The position numbers and the translations under genes are program-made. Positions 19,907 to 29,926 of a DNA stretch of 64,000 bases are shown one piece after another (positions within the stretch are counted from its first letter, which is position 1; each line of letters opens with the position of its first letter). The stretch lies in assembly GCA_964628885.1 (NCBI GenBank), contig CAZVMP010000001.1, forward strand, positions 43,459 through 107,458. The letters are read 5' to 3'. Source of the stretch: an uncultured Gammaproteobacteria bacterium. GTDB taxonomy: Bacteria; Patescibacteriota; Microgenomatia; UBA12405. The notes beneath the pieces are model-generated. The model was not told where the DNA came from. It did no database searches and saw nothing but the letters and a program-made list of their open reading frames with translations.

Positions 19907-21294
19907 ACCCTCTTAAATCAATTATTGCTATATTACTAGTCTTTATTCCTCTCTATCCTAAATTTCCTTTATTTAATGTTTCCAATACCTATGTTGCTGT
20001 TCGTCTTGATGATATTGTTGTTGCCCTGGCTGTTTTAGTTTGGTTTATCTATCAGATAACTCAAAGGTTTTCTTTTTCTAAGCTTAAAATTAGTCGATTA
20101 TTTTTAATCTACTTTTTAGCTATTTTTGTTAGCTTTATTCACGCTTTTTTAATTTATCAAACCGAGCCTACTAATATCTTAATTCTTCATCTTTTCCGTC
20201 GCTTTGAATATATGTCGTTATTCTTCATTGCCATTGACGCTGTTAAATCTCTTGATGATTTTAAGTTCCTTTACTATTTTTTCCTTATCTCAACCGGCCT
20301 GGTAACTTTCTATGGTTATGGACAAAAATACCTTAGTTACCCTGTAATTTCCACTATGAATTCAGAGTTTTCAAAAGGCCAATTACTTGAAATGAATATT
20401 TGGACTAGAATTAGTTCTACTTTCGCCGGTCACTATGATTTAGCCGCTTATCTTAGTGTTGCCCTTATTATTATTCTAGCTGTTTTTATCTTAAGCAAAA
20501 ATAAATTTACTAAAATTATTAGCCTCCTGATTTGGATTCCTGCTTATCAAATCCTAACTCTTACTGCCTCACGAATTTCAATTTTTGCCTTTCTTGGAGG
20601 AATTTGTTTAACCCTAATTCTAATCAAAAAATACCTCTGGATTATCCCCATTACCAGCTTAGTTGCTTTTAGCATTTTTAATTCTGGTGACTTAAACCAA
20701 CGTCTTATTGCCACCATTCCTGCTTTAAAAAATCAATTTACTCCCCAAACAATTACTACTCCCATTCCTACCGCTATCCCTACAGTTGCTGTTATTACTC
20801 CAAAACCATCCTTAGCCCCAGTAAAAATCACTACTCCTATTCCCACCATCGTCCGCCATCAACCAGAAGAATATCCCCCAGTTGATGCTGATGTTGGAGT
20901 TGCTAGATCTGGAGAAATTCGCTTTAATGCCGAATGGCCTAGGGCTATTACTGCTTGGCGTCGCAACCCTCTAGTTGGTAGTGGTTTGGGCTCAATTACC
21001 TTAGCTACTGATAATGATTATCTTCGAGCTTTAGGAGAAAGCGGATTATTCGGTCTAATTACTTTTTTGACCATTCTATTTTATTTTATTTTTAAAACCA
21101 TTCCCTTATATTTTAAAAAATCTAAAAATACCTATGATATTATTGCCCTAATCTGTCTTGGTGGTCTAATTACTACTCTCGCCAACGCTATTTTTATTGA
21201 TGTCTTTGAAGCTTCAAAAACGGCCTATCTCTTCTGGATTATGTTAGGCTGTTATTATCAATCATTAAATCTCAAAAATGACCCAAAAAAATAA
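19891..21294 (+). CDS. O-antigen polymerase/ligase-like (Wzy_C-like) polytopic membrane protein with a Pro/Thr-rich extracellular loop
   Basis: About 10 TM helices, 'LTLTASRISIFAFLGG', and a Pro/Thr-rich 'TPIPTAIPTVAVITPKPSLAPVKITTPIPT' insert followed by a large loop. Confidence 0.5.
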   Translation: MFKNINPLKSIIAILLVFIPLYPKFPLFNVSNTYVAVRLDDIVVALAVLVWFIYQITQRFSFSKLKISRLFLIYFLAIFVSFIHAFLIYQTEPTNILILHLFRRFEYMSLFFIAIDAVKSLDDFKFLYYFFLISTGLVTFYGYGQKYLSYPVISTMNSEFSKGQLLEMNIWTRISSTFAGHYDLAAYLSVALIIILAVFILSKNKFTKIISLLIWIPAYQILTLTASRISIFAFLGGICLTLILIKKYLWIIPITSLVAFSIFNSGDLNQRLIATIPALKNQFTPQTITTPIPTAIPTVAVITPKPSLAPVKITTPIPTIVRHQPEEYPPVDADVGVARSGEIRFNAEWPRAITAWRRNPLVGSGLGSITLATDNDYLRALGESGLFGLITFLTILFYFIFKTIPLYFKKSKNTYDIIALICLGGLITTLANAIFIDVFEASKTAYLFWIMLGCYYQSLNLKNDPKK

Positions 21295-22504
21295 ACGAAA
21301 CATCTTAATGATTACTCCCTACATCCCCAGACTTTCTCAGTCCGGCGGTCAAAACAGTTCTTTTTATTCCATAAAATATTTATCTTCCGACAATAATATT
21401 ACCCTTATTTGTCTTAGCCCTGATGAAGAAGGTTTAGAAGATATTAAACAATATTGTTCTAAAGTCATTGTTGTTAAACGTGGTAAAACCTGGGATCCTA
21501 AAAAAGTTATACTTACCGGGTTAAGTAAATACCCGTTTTTAGTTGTAAAGCATATCAATAAAAACTTTCGTCAAGCCATCAAAAATGAACTAGATAATAA
21601 TCAATTTGACCTCATCCACTGCGATTGCTTTTACCCCATGCCCAACATCCCTAAAACCAAAGTTCCTATCGTCTTAGTTGACTTAACAGTTGAATATGCT
21701 GTTTATCAACATTATGTTGAAACTGTTTCCGGATGGAAAAAAATCTTTAAACCCTTTCTTTGGATTGATGTTCTTAAACTAAAATATTGGGAAACATATT
21801 ATTGGAAAAACACCCATACCGTAGTTGCTTTTGCTCAAGAAGACCAAGAATTAATTTCTAAAATTACTAAACGTAATGATATCCAACTATTCCAAAATGG
21901 GGTTGATAATAAATTTTTTGAGTCAAAACCAAAAACTCCCAGAAGCCCATTCCCTTCAGTTTTATTTGGTGTTTCCAATATGAAGTGGATGCAAAACCGT
22001 GAGTCTGTCGAAATGATTATAAAAGATTCTTGGCCAGCTATTAAAAAGGCTATTCCTAATTGTAAACTTTATATTATTGGCCGTCATTCTCCTGATTATT
22101 ACAGTCATTACCGATCTCCAGACGTGATTGTTCAGGAAGCTGATTTTGACGGTCAACCTCAAGATCCAATGTATTACTACCAATATTGTTGGCTTCTTCT
22201 AGCCCCTATGGGTAGCGGTGGTGGTACCCGAAACAAATTTTTAGAAGCCATGGCCTGTCGACTTCCTATCGTAACCACTCCTGAAGGTATGGGAGGAATT
22301 AAAATAGAAAATTTCAAAGAATCAATTGTTTGTGATTATCATCAAGTCGCCAAAAATGCTATTAATCTCCTCAAAGATCATCAAACCCGTCAAGCTATGG
22401 GAGAAGCTGCTAATAAATTAATCACCAGAAAATATTCCTACCAAAACAGTGTTGATGGTTTGAATAAAATTTACCAGAAAATTACTAATGCTAAAAAAAA
22501 TTGA
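21278..22504 (+). CDS. Glycosyltransferase family 1 (GT4-like)
   Basis: GT-B two-domain profile; C-terminal 'GGGTRNKFLEAMACRLPIVTTPEG'. Confidence 0.7.
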   Translation: MTQKNKRNILMITPYIPRLSQSGGQNSSFYSIKYLSSDNNITLICLSPDEEGLEDIKQYCSKVIVVKRGKTWDPKKVILTGLSKYPFLVVKHINKNFRQAIKNELDNNQFDLIHCDCFYPMPNIPKTKVPIVLVDLTVEYAVYQHYVETVSGWKKIFKPFLWIDVLKLKYWETYYWKNTHTVVAFAQEDQELISKITKRNDIQLFQNGVDNKFFESKPKTPRSPFPSVLFGVSNMKWMQNRESVEMIIKDSWPAIKKAIPNCKLYIIGRHSPDYYSHYRSPDVIVQEADFDGQPQDPMYYYQYCWLLLAPMGSGGGTRNKFLEAMACRLPIVTTPEGMGGIKIENFKESIVCDYHQVAKNAINLLKDHQTRQAMGEAANKLITRKYSYQNSVDGLNKIYQKITNAKKN

Positions 22505-23411
22505 TCTTTCGATTGTAATTCTCAATTACAATTCGGCAGGGTTTCTTAACCGTTGTCTTAAGAGTATCGCTAAATCAAAACTGGGCAATTATCGCATCGA
22601 GATAATAGTTGTCGATAATGCCTCTACCGACAAAAGTCTTAAACTGGCACAAAAAAATAAATCTATCCCAGTTAAGTACTTAAAGCTTAAAAAAAATATT
22701 GGCTTTGCTGCCGGTAACAATCAAGGAGTTAAAGCTGTCAATCCCAAAACAAAGTATCTTCTATTCTTAAACCCCGATACTATCGTCCAGTCAAAGACAT
22801 TAAAAACTATGATTGAATTCTTTGATCATAATTCTAACGTCTCTGCCGCTACCTGTTATATTAAGTTAGCTAAAACTGGCCAAATGCAACCCGAATGCCA
22901 CCGTGGTTTTCCTACTCCTTGGCGCTCTTTTTGTTATTTTAGTGGCATTTCTAAAATCTTTCCCAAATCAAAGTTTTTTAACGGTTATTTTTTAGGACAT
23001 CTTGATACCACCAAAACCCATCCAATCGAGGCTTGTGTTGGCGCCTTTCTTATGGTTAGAAAAGAGGTTGGTCAAAAAATAAATTGGTGGAATGAAAAAT
23101 ATTTTTTCTATGGTGAGGATTTAGATTTTTGTTACCAACTCTATCAAAAAAAATATCAATTATTTTTTAACCCTCATTGTCAAATTACTCATTTTCAAGG
23201 AATTTCATCAGGAATAAAATCACAAAGCCAGAAACTCTCTTCAGCTGATCGTCAAACTAAAATTTTATCAGCCAAATCCAGTACTCAAGCCATGAAAATT
23301 TTCTATCAAGAAAACTTATTTTCCAAATATAATCGACCAACTCGCTATTTAGTTCTTGGTGGAATCAAACTTTTAGAATTTAAGCGTCTCTTTAAGGCTA
23401 AATATTTATGA
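22488..23411 (+). CDS. Glycosyltransferase family 2
   Basis: 'LSIVILNYNSAGFLNRCL...EIIVVDNASTDKS...FGFAAGNNQG'. Confidence 0.75.
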   Translation: MLKKIDLSIVILNYNSAGFLNRCLKSIAKSKLGNYRIEIIVVDNASTDKSLKLAQKNKSIPVKYLKLKKNIGFAAGNNQGVKAVNPKTKYLLFLNPDTIVQSKTLKTMIEFFDHNSNVSAATCYIKLAKTGQMQPECHRGFPTPWRSFCYFSGISKIFPKSKFFNGYFLGHLDTTKTHPIEACVGAFLMVRKEVGQKINWWNEKYFFYGEDLDFCYQLYQKKYQLFFNPHCQITHFQGISSGIKSQSQKLSSADRQTKILSAKSSTQAMKIFYQENLFSKYNRPTRYLVLGGIKLLEFKRLFKAKYL

Positions 23412-24535
23412 CTAAAAAACACATCATTATTGACGCCAGACTTTACGGCCCCAAACATACTGGTATTGGTCGTTATACTAAAAATATTTTATTAGCTCTT
23501 ACCAAACAGCCTAATTTTTCTAACTACCGCTTTAGCCTGATTGTCTATCCAGAACTACTTGACCAGATAACTGCCAATCTTGGGAAAAACTTTAATTTTA
23601 TTACCACCAATATCCGTCACTATTCTCTTAAAGAGCAATTATTACTACCTTTTATTATCTTAAAACTTAAGCCAGATTTAGTTCATTTTACTCACTTTAA
23701 TAAACCCTTATTTTATTTTGGAAAATCAGTTGTTACTATTCACGATCTTATTAAACATTTTTTTAGGGGTAAATCAAACACTACCAAAAGTTCAATTTTT
23801 TATTGGCCAAAATATCTTTTTTACTTACTAATTACTAATATCATTATTAAAACTAATACCATTATCGTTCCTAGTAATTTTTGGCGCCACTACATCATCG
23901 ATCATTTTCATATCTCACCTCAAAAAATTACTACCACTCACGAAGCCGTTGACCCTCAATTCAAAAAAAATCTTTCTTCTCCTAAACCCTCTAAAAAACC
24001 AATAGGGGACTATCTTATCTATACTGGCAATCTTTATCCTCATAAAAATATTAAAGTCATTTTAAAAGCTCTTAAGTCTCTTCCTAAATTAAAATTAAAA
24101 ATTATTAGTGCTAGAAGTTTTTTTACCGATAAGATTGAATCCTTGGCTAAAGAAAATCAAGTCAATCATCAAGTAGAATTTCTTGGCTATCTTCCTGATG
24201 ATAAGTTTTCCCAAATATATTCTCAAGCTATTGCCCTAGTTCACCCTTCATTTATGGAGGGCTTTAGCCTAACTGGTCTTGAGGCTATGGCCCTAAGCTG
24301 CCCGGTTATTTCTTCCAACAGTAGTTGTTTACCTGAAATTTATCAAGATTCCGTTCTTTATTTTGACCCCAACAATAGCTCTCAACTAGTCTCTCAAATT
24401 AAAAAACTTAATAAGAATCCTATCCTCAGGCAAGAGCTTATCAAAAAAGGTCATCTTCAAGTAAATAAATATTCTTGGGATAAAACTGCCCAACAAACAT
24501 TAGCTGTTTACCAAAAAATCCTTAATGACTGCTAA
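23408..24535 (+). CDS. Glycosyltransferase family 1
   Basis: 'MEGFSLTGLEAMALSCPVISSNSSCLPEI'. Confidence 0.8.
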   Translation: MTKKHIIIDARLYGPKHTGIGRYTKNILLALTKQPNFSNYRFSLIVYPELLDQITANLGKNFNFITTNIRHYSLKEQLLLPFIILKLKPDLVHFTHFNKPLFYFGKSVVTIHDLIKHFFRGKSNTTKSSIFYWPKYLFYLLITNIIIKTNTIIVPSNFWRHYIIDHFHISPQKITTTHEAVDPQFKKNLSSPKPSKKPIGDYLIYTGNLYPHKNIKVILKALKSLPKLKLKIISARSFFTDKIESLAKENQVNHQVEFLGYLPDDKFSQIYSQAIALVHPSFMEGFSLTGLEAMALSCPVISSNSSCLPEIYQDSVLYFDPNNSSQLVSQIKKLNKNPILRQELIKKGHLQVNKYSWDKTAQQTLAVYQKILNDC

Positions 24536-25622
24536 ACCAAAGGTTGCCATTTTCTACGACTGGCTCAATCAATGGGGAGGAGCTGAAAAAGTTCTGCTAG
24601 ACATTCTAGAAATATTCCCAAAATCACCAGTCTTCACTTTAAATTACTACCCTAAAAACACTCCTTGGTTACCAAAATCAACTAAAGTTGTTCCTTCCTT
24701 TATTAACCATCTACCCTTCAGTCACCAGAACCCGTTAATTTATACTCCCTTTTATTCTCTAGCTTTAGAAAAATTTGATTTTTCCCAGTTTGATATTATT
24801 ATATCTACCACTTCAACCATCGGCCACTGTCTCCTAACCCCACCATTAACCCTGTTTATCTGTTATTTTCACAATACTAATCGATATCTTTATCAAACTC
24901 CAAAACAGTTTAAGTTTCTCAAACCGTTTTTACAAAAATATCAAAAAACCGACTTTATCTATGGTCAAAGACCAGATTTTTGTCTCTGTAATTCCCAAAC
25001 TGTTAGTCATAGAATTAAAACTCATTACCACCGAACAGCTAAAGTTATTTATCCCGGAATTGATACTTCATTCTTTGTTCCTAAAAATAATGATAATATC
25101 TCCCCTTATTTTCTAATTGTCTCCCGATTAGTTGAACATAAAAAAATTGATATTGCTATCCGCGCCTGCCAACAACTAAAGCAAAAATTAGTCATTGTTG
25201 GAGATGGTCGTGATAAAAATAAATTAATTAAATTAGCCAGCAGTTATCCCAATTCTCAGATTGTTTTTGCTGGCAAAGTTTCTCCCAAAAAACTCCTAAC
25301 TCTCTATCAAAATTGCCAAGCTCTTATCTGTCCTCAAATTGAGGATTTTGGATTAACTCCTCTTGAAGCTCAAGCTTGCGGTAAACCAGTCATTGCCTTC
25401 AATCAAGGTGGATTAACTGAAACCGTCATCAATCACCAAACTGGACTATTTTTTAACCACCAAACAGTTAATTCTTTAGTTAAAACCATGACCAAATTCC
25501 ACCCTGAACAATTTTCTCCGTCAGTCTGTCTTCAGAACGCTGCCAAATTTTCCCGAGAAAAATTTATGCTAAACTTTAAAGAAACCATTAACCAATTATG
25601 GCTAAATCAAACCAATATGTAG
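24525..25622 (+). CDS. Glycosyltransferase family 1
   Basis: 'EDFGLTPLEAQACGKPVIAFNQGGLTETV'. Confidence 0.8.
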   Translation: MTAKPKVAIFYDWLNQWGGAEKVLLDILEIFPKSPVFTLNYYPKNTPWLPKSTKVVPSFINHLPFSHQNPLIYTPFYSLALEKFDFSQFDIIISTTSTIGHCLLTPPLTLFICYFHNTNRYLYQTPKQFKFLKPFLQKYQKTDFIYGQRPDFCLCNSQTVSHRIKTHYHRTAKVIYPGIDTSFFVPKNNDNISPYFLIVSRLVEHKKIDIAIRACQQLKQKLVIVGDGRDKNKLIKLASSYPNSQIVFAGKVSPKKLLTLYQNCQALICPQIEDFGLTPLEAQACGKPVIAFNQGGLTETVINHQTGLFFNHQTVNSLVKTMTKFHPEQFSPSVCLQNAAKFSREKFMLNFKETINQLWLNQTNM

Positions 25623-26689
25623 TCATTCTCTGTGGAGGTAGCGGCCCCCGCCTTTGGCCACTTTCTCACGCCGGTCACCCTAAACAATTTCTCAAAATAT
25701 TAGGTAAAAAAACTCTCTTAGAACAAACTCTTTCTCGTTTTCAAAAATTCTGTCCCACTAAAAATATTTTTATAGTTTCCAACCAAAAATATCAAACTAA
25801 AATTGATAAACTCTTAGGCAAAAAGATTCCTTCTCAGAATTTTATTTACGAACCAGAAAAGAAGAATACTACCATGGCCATTCTTTTGGCCTTAGCTCAC
25901 ATCCAAAAACTAGACCCAAATGCTGTTGTTACCACCACCCCTGCAGACCACTATATTAAAAAAATAACTAGCTTTAAAAAAAATATCGCCGACTCTCAAA
26001 AATCAGCTCAAAACCATCATCGGATTATTACTATTGGAATTAAACCAACCTTTGCTAATACCTCCTATGGTTACATTGTTCCTCGTCAAAAAAATCAACC
26101 GTTATCCAATGTCAGTTTGTTTATTGAAAAACCAGACAAGCAAACTGCTCAAAATCTAATCAAAAAAGGAGCTTTGTGGAATTCTGGAATTTATACCTTT
26201 ACTCTTACTGACATGATTAATGAAATTGAAAAACTTCAACCAGAATATTTCGACCTTTATCAGCAACTCATCAATTCACCTGAAATTGATAATAAAATTA
26301 TTAAAAAAGTTTACTCAAAATCACTCGATTTACCTATTGATAGATCAGTCTCAGAAAAAAGCGACAAAATCTATCTTATCTTGGCAACTTTTGATTGGAG
26401 CGATGTTGGAGAATGGAAATCTATCCACCAAAGATCCAACCAAGACCTTGATAACAATGCTGCTATTAATCCTAACACCAACTATCTGGCTCATAATTCA
26501 AAAAATTGTCTTATCAATAGTTCTAAAAATAAACTCATTGGTTTAGTTGGAGTTAATAATTTAGCAATTATTGATACCGATGATGGTCTTTTAATTTGTA
26601 ATCTCGATGACAGTTATCATGTTCGTGACCTTATTACCAAAATGGTTAAAGATAAAAAATATAAATCATTTTTTCTTAAAAAATCATGA
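25598..26689 (+). CDS. manC: Mannose-1-phosphate guanylyltransferase (GDP-mannose pyrophosphorylase) family nucleotidyltransferase
   Basis: 'VVILCGGSGPRLWPLS....PKQFLKILGKKTLLEQTLSR' N-terminal nucleotidyltransferase signature. Confidence 0.8.
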   Translation: MAKSNQYVVILCGGSGPRLWPLSHAGHPKQFLKILGKKTLLEQTLSRFQKFCPTKNIFIVSNQKYQTKIDKLLGKKIPSQNFIYEPEKKNTTMAILLALAHIQKLDPNAVVTTTPADHYIKKITSFKKNIADSQKSAQNHHRIITIGIKPTFANTSYGYIVPRQKNQPLSNVSLFIEKPDKQTAQNLIKKGALWNSGIYTFTLTDMINEIEKLQPEYFDLYQQLINSPEIDNKIIKKVYSKSLDLPIDRSVSEKSDKIYLILATFDWSDVGEWKSIHQRSNQDLDNNAAINPNTNYLAHNSKNCLINSSKNKLIGLVGVNNLAIIDTDDGLLICNLDDSYHVRDLITKMVKDKKYKSFFLKKS

Positions 26690-27327
26690 AAGATAAACTT
26701 TATTTTCAAATCTTTAAAAGAACCTTAGATATCATCAGCGCTATTGTTCTTATGATTATTTTTTCTCCCATATTCTTAATTACCTCCATTCTTATTAAAA
26801 TTACTTCTCCTGGGCCTATTTTTTTTAAACAAAAACGAGTTACTAGAAATAATAAAGAATTTTGGATGTATAAATTCCGATCTATGTATACTGGCGATAA
26901 TGATAAACGGCTTAAAGAGAATTATCCAGAATTATGGAAAAAGTATAAAGATGGTGGCTGGAAACTACCCATGTCCGAAGACCCCAGAATTACTCCTATT
27001 GGTAAAATTATCAGAGCCTCGTCAGTCGACGAATTTCCTCAATTAGTTAATGTTTTAAAAGGAGAAATGAGTTTAATCGGCCCTAGGGCCTATCGAGAAG
27101 AAGAACTCCGAGAATATGAGAAAAAATATCCTCGAACCAGAAAATATATTAATGATATTAGATCCGTTAAACCAGGAATAACTGGCCTCTGGCAAACTTC
27201 AGGAAGAAACGAGCTAAACTTTGAACAAAGAGCTAAGCTCGATTCAAAATATATCCGCAATCAATCTATTAGACAAGAACTTATTATCATCCTCAAAACC
27301 CCCATGTGTATGATTTCTCGCTGGTAA
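26686..27327 (+). CDS. Priming sugar-phosphate transferase (bacterial sugar transferase, WbaP/WcaJ C-terminal domain type)
   Basis: 'KRTLDIISAIVLMIIFSPIFL...PGPIFFKQKRVTRNNKEFWMYKFRSM...DEFPQLVNVLKGEMSLIGPRA' are PF02397 motifs. Confidence 0.85.
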   Translation: MKDKLYFQIFKRTLDIISAIVLMIIFSPIFLITSILIKITSPGPIFFKQKRVTRNNKEFWMYKFRSMYTGDNDKRLKENYPELWKKYKDGGWKLPMSEDPRITPIGKIIRASSVDEFPQLVNVLKGEMSLIGPRAYREEELREYEKKYPRTRKYINDIRSVKPGITGLWQTSGRNELNFEQRAKLDSKYIRNQSIRQELIIILKTPMCMISRW

Positions 27328-27422
27328 TAATCATAAATTTGTTTAAAAAATATTAAAATAAATATAAAAAAATTTTAGAATTTCCTCTAGCAAAAAAACT
27401 TTTTGTTAGCTAAAATTAAAAG

Positions 27423-29351
27423 ATGGATTTAATCACTAAAACTGCCAACACTCGGCCTGGTAAAAAAGTTAAAAAAACTAATCACCGACTACTTAAAATC
27501 TCTGGGGTTATCTTAGCTGTTATTCTCACCATTCTTATTAGTTTATCTCTCACCATCTATTTCCCCGCCAAACAATTAGTTTCCCAGCTTGAAATCACCA
27601 AAACTGAAATTAATCATCTTCAACAATCGCTAAATGATAAAGATTTAGAAAAAATTAAAATTAATCTTGACATTATTAAAGATCATCTTAATTCTATTGA
27701 CGCCACTTATTCAAAATTAAAACTAACAAGATTTATTCCTATTATTAATAATTATTATAAAGATGGACTCCGCGCCATTAGTATTGCCAAAACCAGCCTT
27801 GATACTAGTGAAATTGTTATCAAAGCCATCGAACCATATAAAGATTTTTTAGGAATGACCGGTTCAGCCACTTCTAGTGAAGAAACTACCCAGGACAGAA
27901 TTGCTTTCTTGACTCAATCAGTAGAAAGTCTTATTCCATATTTAGATACCATTGAAATCAAAATTGCTGAAATTAATAATTCTGCTGCTGAAATTGATGC
28001 CTCTCGGTACCCAGAAGAATTCCACGACTATCAAATCAAACCCAATATTATCAAAATTCAAGAACTCCTTAACCAATCTCATAAATTAATTAAGGATGGT
28101 AAACCTCTTTTATCCCAAATTTCTTGGCTTTTAGGTAAAGATTCTCCTCGAAAATACCTGATGATATTTCAAAATGATGGAGAACTTAGACCTAGCGGTG
28201 GATTCTGGACCGCATACAGTACTATGACCGTTGATAACGGTAAGGTTATTCCCGGTACTGCCAGCAATATCTATGATCTTGACGATCGAATTAATAGTCG
28301 AACTCCAGCTCCTAGACTCATTAAAAACTATCATATTAATGTCCCTTATCTTACTCTCCGTGACAGCAATCTCTCTCCAGACTTCCCTGAAGACGCCAAA
28401 ATATTTTTAGATCAATATTTAAAAGCCACTGGTAGTAAAGAAAAATTTGATGCCATCATTGCTATTGATACTCAACTTTTAGTTGATATGGTTGCCGTTT
28501 TAGGTAAACTTGATACCCGAGTTGGCACCTTTACCACCCAACCAGACCAAAGATGCTACGGCTGCCCTCAAATTATTTATGAAATGCAGTGGATGTCTGG
28601 ACGACCCCGAGATTATATTGAAAAAAACCGAAAAGATTTCATGAATCCACTAATGTCAGCCTTACTGGCCAATGTCATGGGGTCAGAAAAAAATAAAATG
28701 GGCCAACTAATCCAGGCTGGATTTAAAAGTATTAATGAAAAGCACGTCTTATTTTACTTCCCTGATAAAGATAAACAAGAAATGGGTAATTTAGCTAACA
28801 TTACTGGTAAGATCTTTGAAGTTGATAATTCAACCGATTATCTTCATCTTAATGATGCTAATTTTGCCAGTGCTAAAAGTAATATTTTTATCACCCAAAA
28901 AATTAAGCACGAAATTACTATTAAAAATAATCAAGCTCAGCATAAAATAAATATTACTTACGCCAATTCTGCCCCAGGATCTAATTGTAATCTAGAAAAA
29001 GGGGGACTTTGTCTTAATGCTTCTACTTATAGAAACCTCTTCCGCTTTTATACTCCTATCGGCTCCAAACTTACTAAAATAACTGGCTCCGAGATAGAAC
29101 CAGTTGAATACGAAGAGCTCAATAAACAAGTTTTTGAAGGGTTTTATGGCAATAAGTTTGGACTTAATCCTCAGTCAAATTTAAAAACTTCCATTGAGTA
29201 TACCTCTGGAGCCCAAATTGGTTCTATCTACACCTTAATGTTGCAAAAACAACCTGGAACCAAACCTGTTGATTATGAACTAACTATTAATGGTTCTAAA
29301 CAACCCACCTTCCAGTGGGTGGCTGATAAAACCATTAAGTTTACTCTCTAA
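27423..29351 (+). CDS. Large membrane-anchored extracytoplasmic protein, possibly DUF4012-like
   Basis: Single N-terminal TM helix then a ~600-aa domain; 'PRKYLMIFQNDGELRPSGGFWTAYSTMTVDNGKV' resembles the conserved DUF4012 block as I recall it (low certainty). Confidence 0.4.
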   Translation: MDLITKTANTRPGKKVKKTNHRLLKISGVILAVILTILISLSLTIYFPAKQLVSQLEITKTEINHLQQSLNDKDLEKIKINLDIIKDHLNSIDATYSKLKLTRFIPIINNYYKDGLRAISIAKTSLDTSEIVIKAIEPYKDFLGMTGSATSSEETTQDRIAFLTQSVESLIPYLDTIEIKIAEINNSAAEIDASRYPEEFHDYQIKPNIIKIQELLNQSHKLIKDGKPLLSQISWLLGKDSPRKYLMIFQNDGELRPSGGFWTAYSTMTVDNGKVIPGTASNIYDLDDRINSRTPAPRLIKNYHINVPYLTLRDSNLSPDFPEDAKIFLDQYLKATGSKEKFDAIIAIDTQLLVDMVAVLGKLDTRVGTFTTQPDQRCYGCPQIIYEMQWMSGRPRDYIEKNRKDFMNPLMSALLANVMGSEKNKMGQLIQAGFKSINEKHVLFYFPDKDKQEMGNLANITGKIFEVDNSTDYLHLNDANFASAKSNIFITQKIKHEITIKNNQAQHKINITYANSAPGSNCNLEKGGLCLNASTYRNLFRFYTPIGSKLTKITGSEIEPVEYEELNKQVFEGFYGNKFGLNPQSNLKTSIEYTSGAQIGSIYTLMLQKQPGTKPVDYELTINGSKQPTFQWVADKTIKFTL

Positions 29352-29912
29352 ATGGATCGCTATAAATCAACCCTAGGGATTGTTATTAACAAAAAAACTA
29401 CCAAAGAATCTGATTTGTTAATTACCTTACTAACCCCAAGAATGGGTAAAATTATCGCCATTGCCAAGGGTGCTAAAAATATAAAAAGCAGTCGTTTAGG
29501 AAATCTTCAATTAGGTAATACTATTAAAGTCCAACTTTATCAAAAAGACGATTTCACCTGGATATCAGAATCAAAAAACATTTCTCCATTTCTCCAAACA
29601 GATAAAAATTTAGCTCAATTAAATCTCCTTTTTTATTTTTTAGAAATTGTTAATTTATTTATTGCTGAAAACCAGCAATTGGATAGAATTTTTGAGATCT
29701 CCCAAAACATTATTGCTGCCATTAATAAGAATCTTATTCGTCAATATATTCAAAATGAGATTTATTTTTTAGAAACACTAGGATTTGGGGTTCCTCAAGA
29801 CATAAAAACCTCTTTTGAACAAAAAGATTATAAAACTAGCCAAAAACTGATTAAAAGATTTTTTGAATCAATTATTGAAAAACCTCTGCAAAGTAACAAA
29901 TTGTTTAGATAA
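29352..29912 (+). CDS. recO: RecO-like DNA repair protein (short form, no zinc finger)
   Basis: N-terminal OB-fold pattern 'LGIVINKKTTKESDLLITLLTPRMGKIIAIAKGAKNIKSSRLGNLQ' resembles RecO; 186 aa and no Cys. Confidence 0.55.
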   Translation: MDRYKSTLGIVINKKTTKESDLLITLLTPRMGKIIAIAKGAKNIKSSRLGNLQLGNTIKVQLYQKDDFTWISESKNISPFLQTDKNLAQLNLLFYFLEIVNLFIAENQQLDRIFEISQNIIAAINKNLIRQYIQNEIYFLETLGFGVPQDIKTSFEQKDYKTSQKLIKRFFESIIEKPLQSNKLFR

Positions 29913-29926
29913 GCTATAATACTTTT

